Shown piece after piece: positions 63,527 through 64,000 of a stretch of DNA of 64,000 bases. Every line of letters begins with the position of its first letter. Positions within the stretch are counted from its first letter, which is position 1. The notes below the pieces were generated by a model that was not told where the DNA came from, ran no database searches, and saw only the letters and a list, made by a program, of their open reading frames with translations. The DNA comes from Mobula hypostoma (Eukaryota): positions 66,404,001-66,468,000 of the forward strand of contig NC_086108.1 in NCBI RefSeq assembly GCF_963921235.1, given 5' to 3'. Made by a program: the position numbers and the translations under genes.

Positions 63527-63738
63527 AACACACAAAAAAATGCTGGAGGAACTCAGCAGGCCAGGCAGCGTCTATGAAAAAAAAGTGCAGTCGATGTTTT
63601 GGGCTGAAATGCTTCAGCAGGACTGGAGAAAAAAAGCTGAGGAGTAGAATTAAAATGTGGGGGAAGGGGTGAGAGAAACACCAGATGATAGGAAACCTGG
63701 AGGGGGAGGAATGAAGTAAAGAGCTGGGATGGTGATCA
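63527..63738 (-). mobile_element. PLE terminal fragment with degenerate hammerhead
   Basis: tgctggaggaactcagcaggccaggcagc..cagtcgatgttttgggctgaaatgcttcagcaggactgg. Confidence 0.8.
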
Positions 63739-63739
63739 G

Positions 63740-64000
63740 TGATTTTTCCCCCCAGGGTGGAAACGGCAATTATGAGAGGCATAACTTTAAGGTGTTTGAA
63801 GCAATGTATAAGGGGGATGTCAGAGGTAATTTTTTTTTTACACAGGGAGTGGTAGGTGCATGGAACACATTGTCAGATGTAGTGCTAGAAATAGAATAAT
63901 TAGGGGCAATTAAGAGACTCATTGATAGGCATATGGCTGGAAGAAAAATGGAGGGTTATGTGGGAGGAAAGGGTTAGATTGATCTTGGAGTAGGTTAAAG
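63740..64000 (+). mobile_element. CR1 3' end, runs off the window
   Basis: RGHNFKV..VVGAWNTL; compare 28560-28790. Confidence 0.82.

Noticed and set aside
1..64000. CRISPR arrays, operons or prokaryotic defence systems
   Set aside because: The sequence is vertebrate-type repeat-rich DNA with no regularly spaced repeat-spacer array or gene-dense region.

Overview
Eukaryotic, AT-rich, repeat-dense genomic DNA with no protein-coding host exon I can recognise, so probably intergenic or deep intronic. The repeat complement points to a cartilaginous fish, likely a ray or shark (inference): many CR1 LINEs, HE1-like V-SINE and SacSINE1/Deu-like SINE relics, Rex1/Babar, L1, L2, RTE, Tc1, hAT and Penelope-like elements (PLEs). 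The long ORFs I can identify all belong to decayed transposons. The most notable pattern is at least a dozen copies of one PLE terminal module carrying a minimal type-I hammerhead ribozyme core (AGTC-CTGACGA-A-GGG..CCC-GAAA-CGTC-GACT). Several copies are fold-back (inverted) insertions and/or have exact 9-15 bp target-site duplications. Other points: deeply nested insertions with readable TSDs, a young tRNA-derived SINE, an LF-SINE-like relic, a ~400 bp duplication bracketing a Rex1 insertion, and TE-free blocks with enhancer-like motif clusters. Family names come from recalled motifs and consensus sequences, not from a database search.
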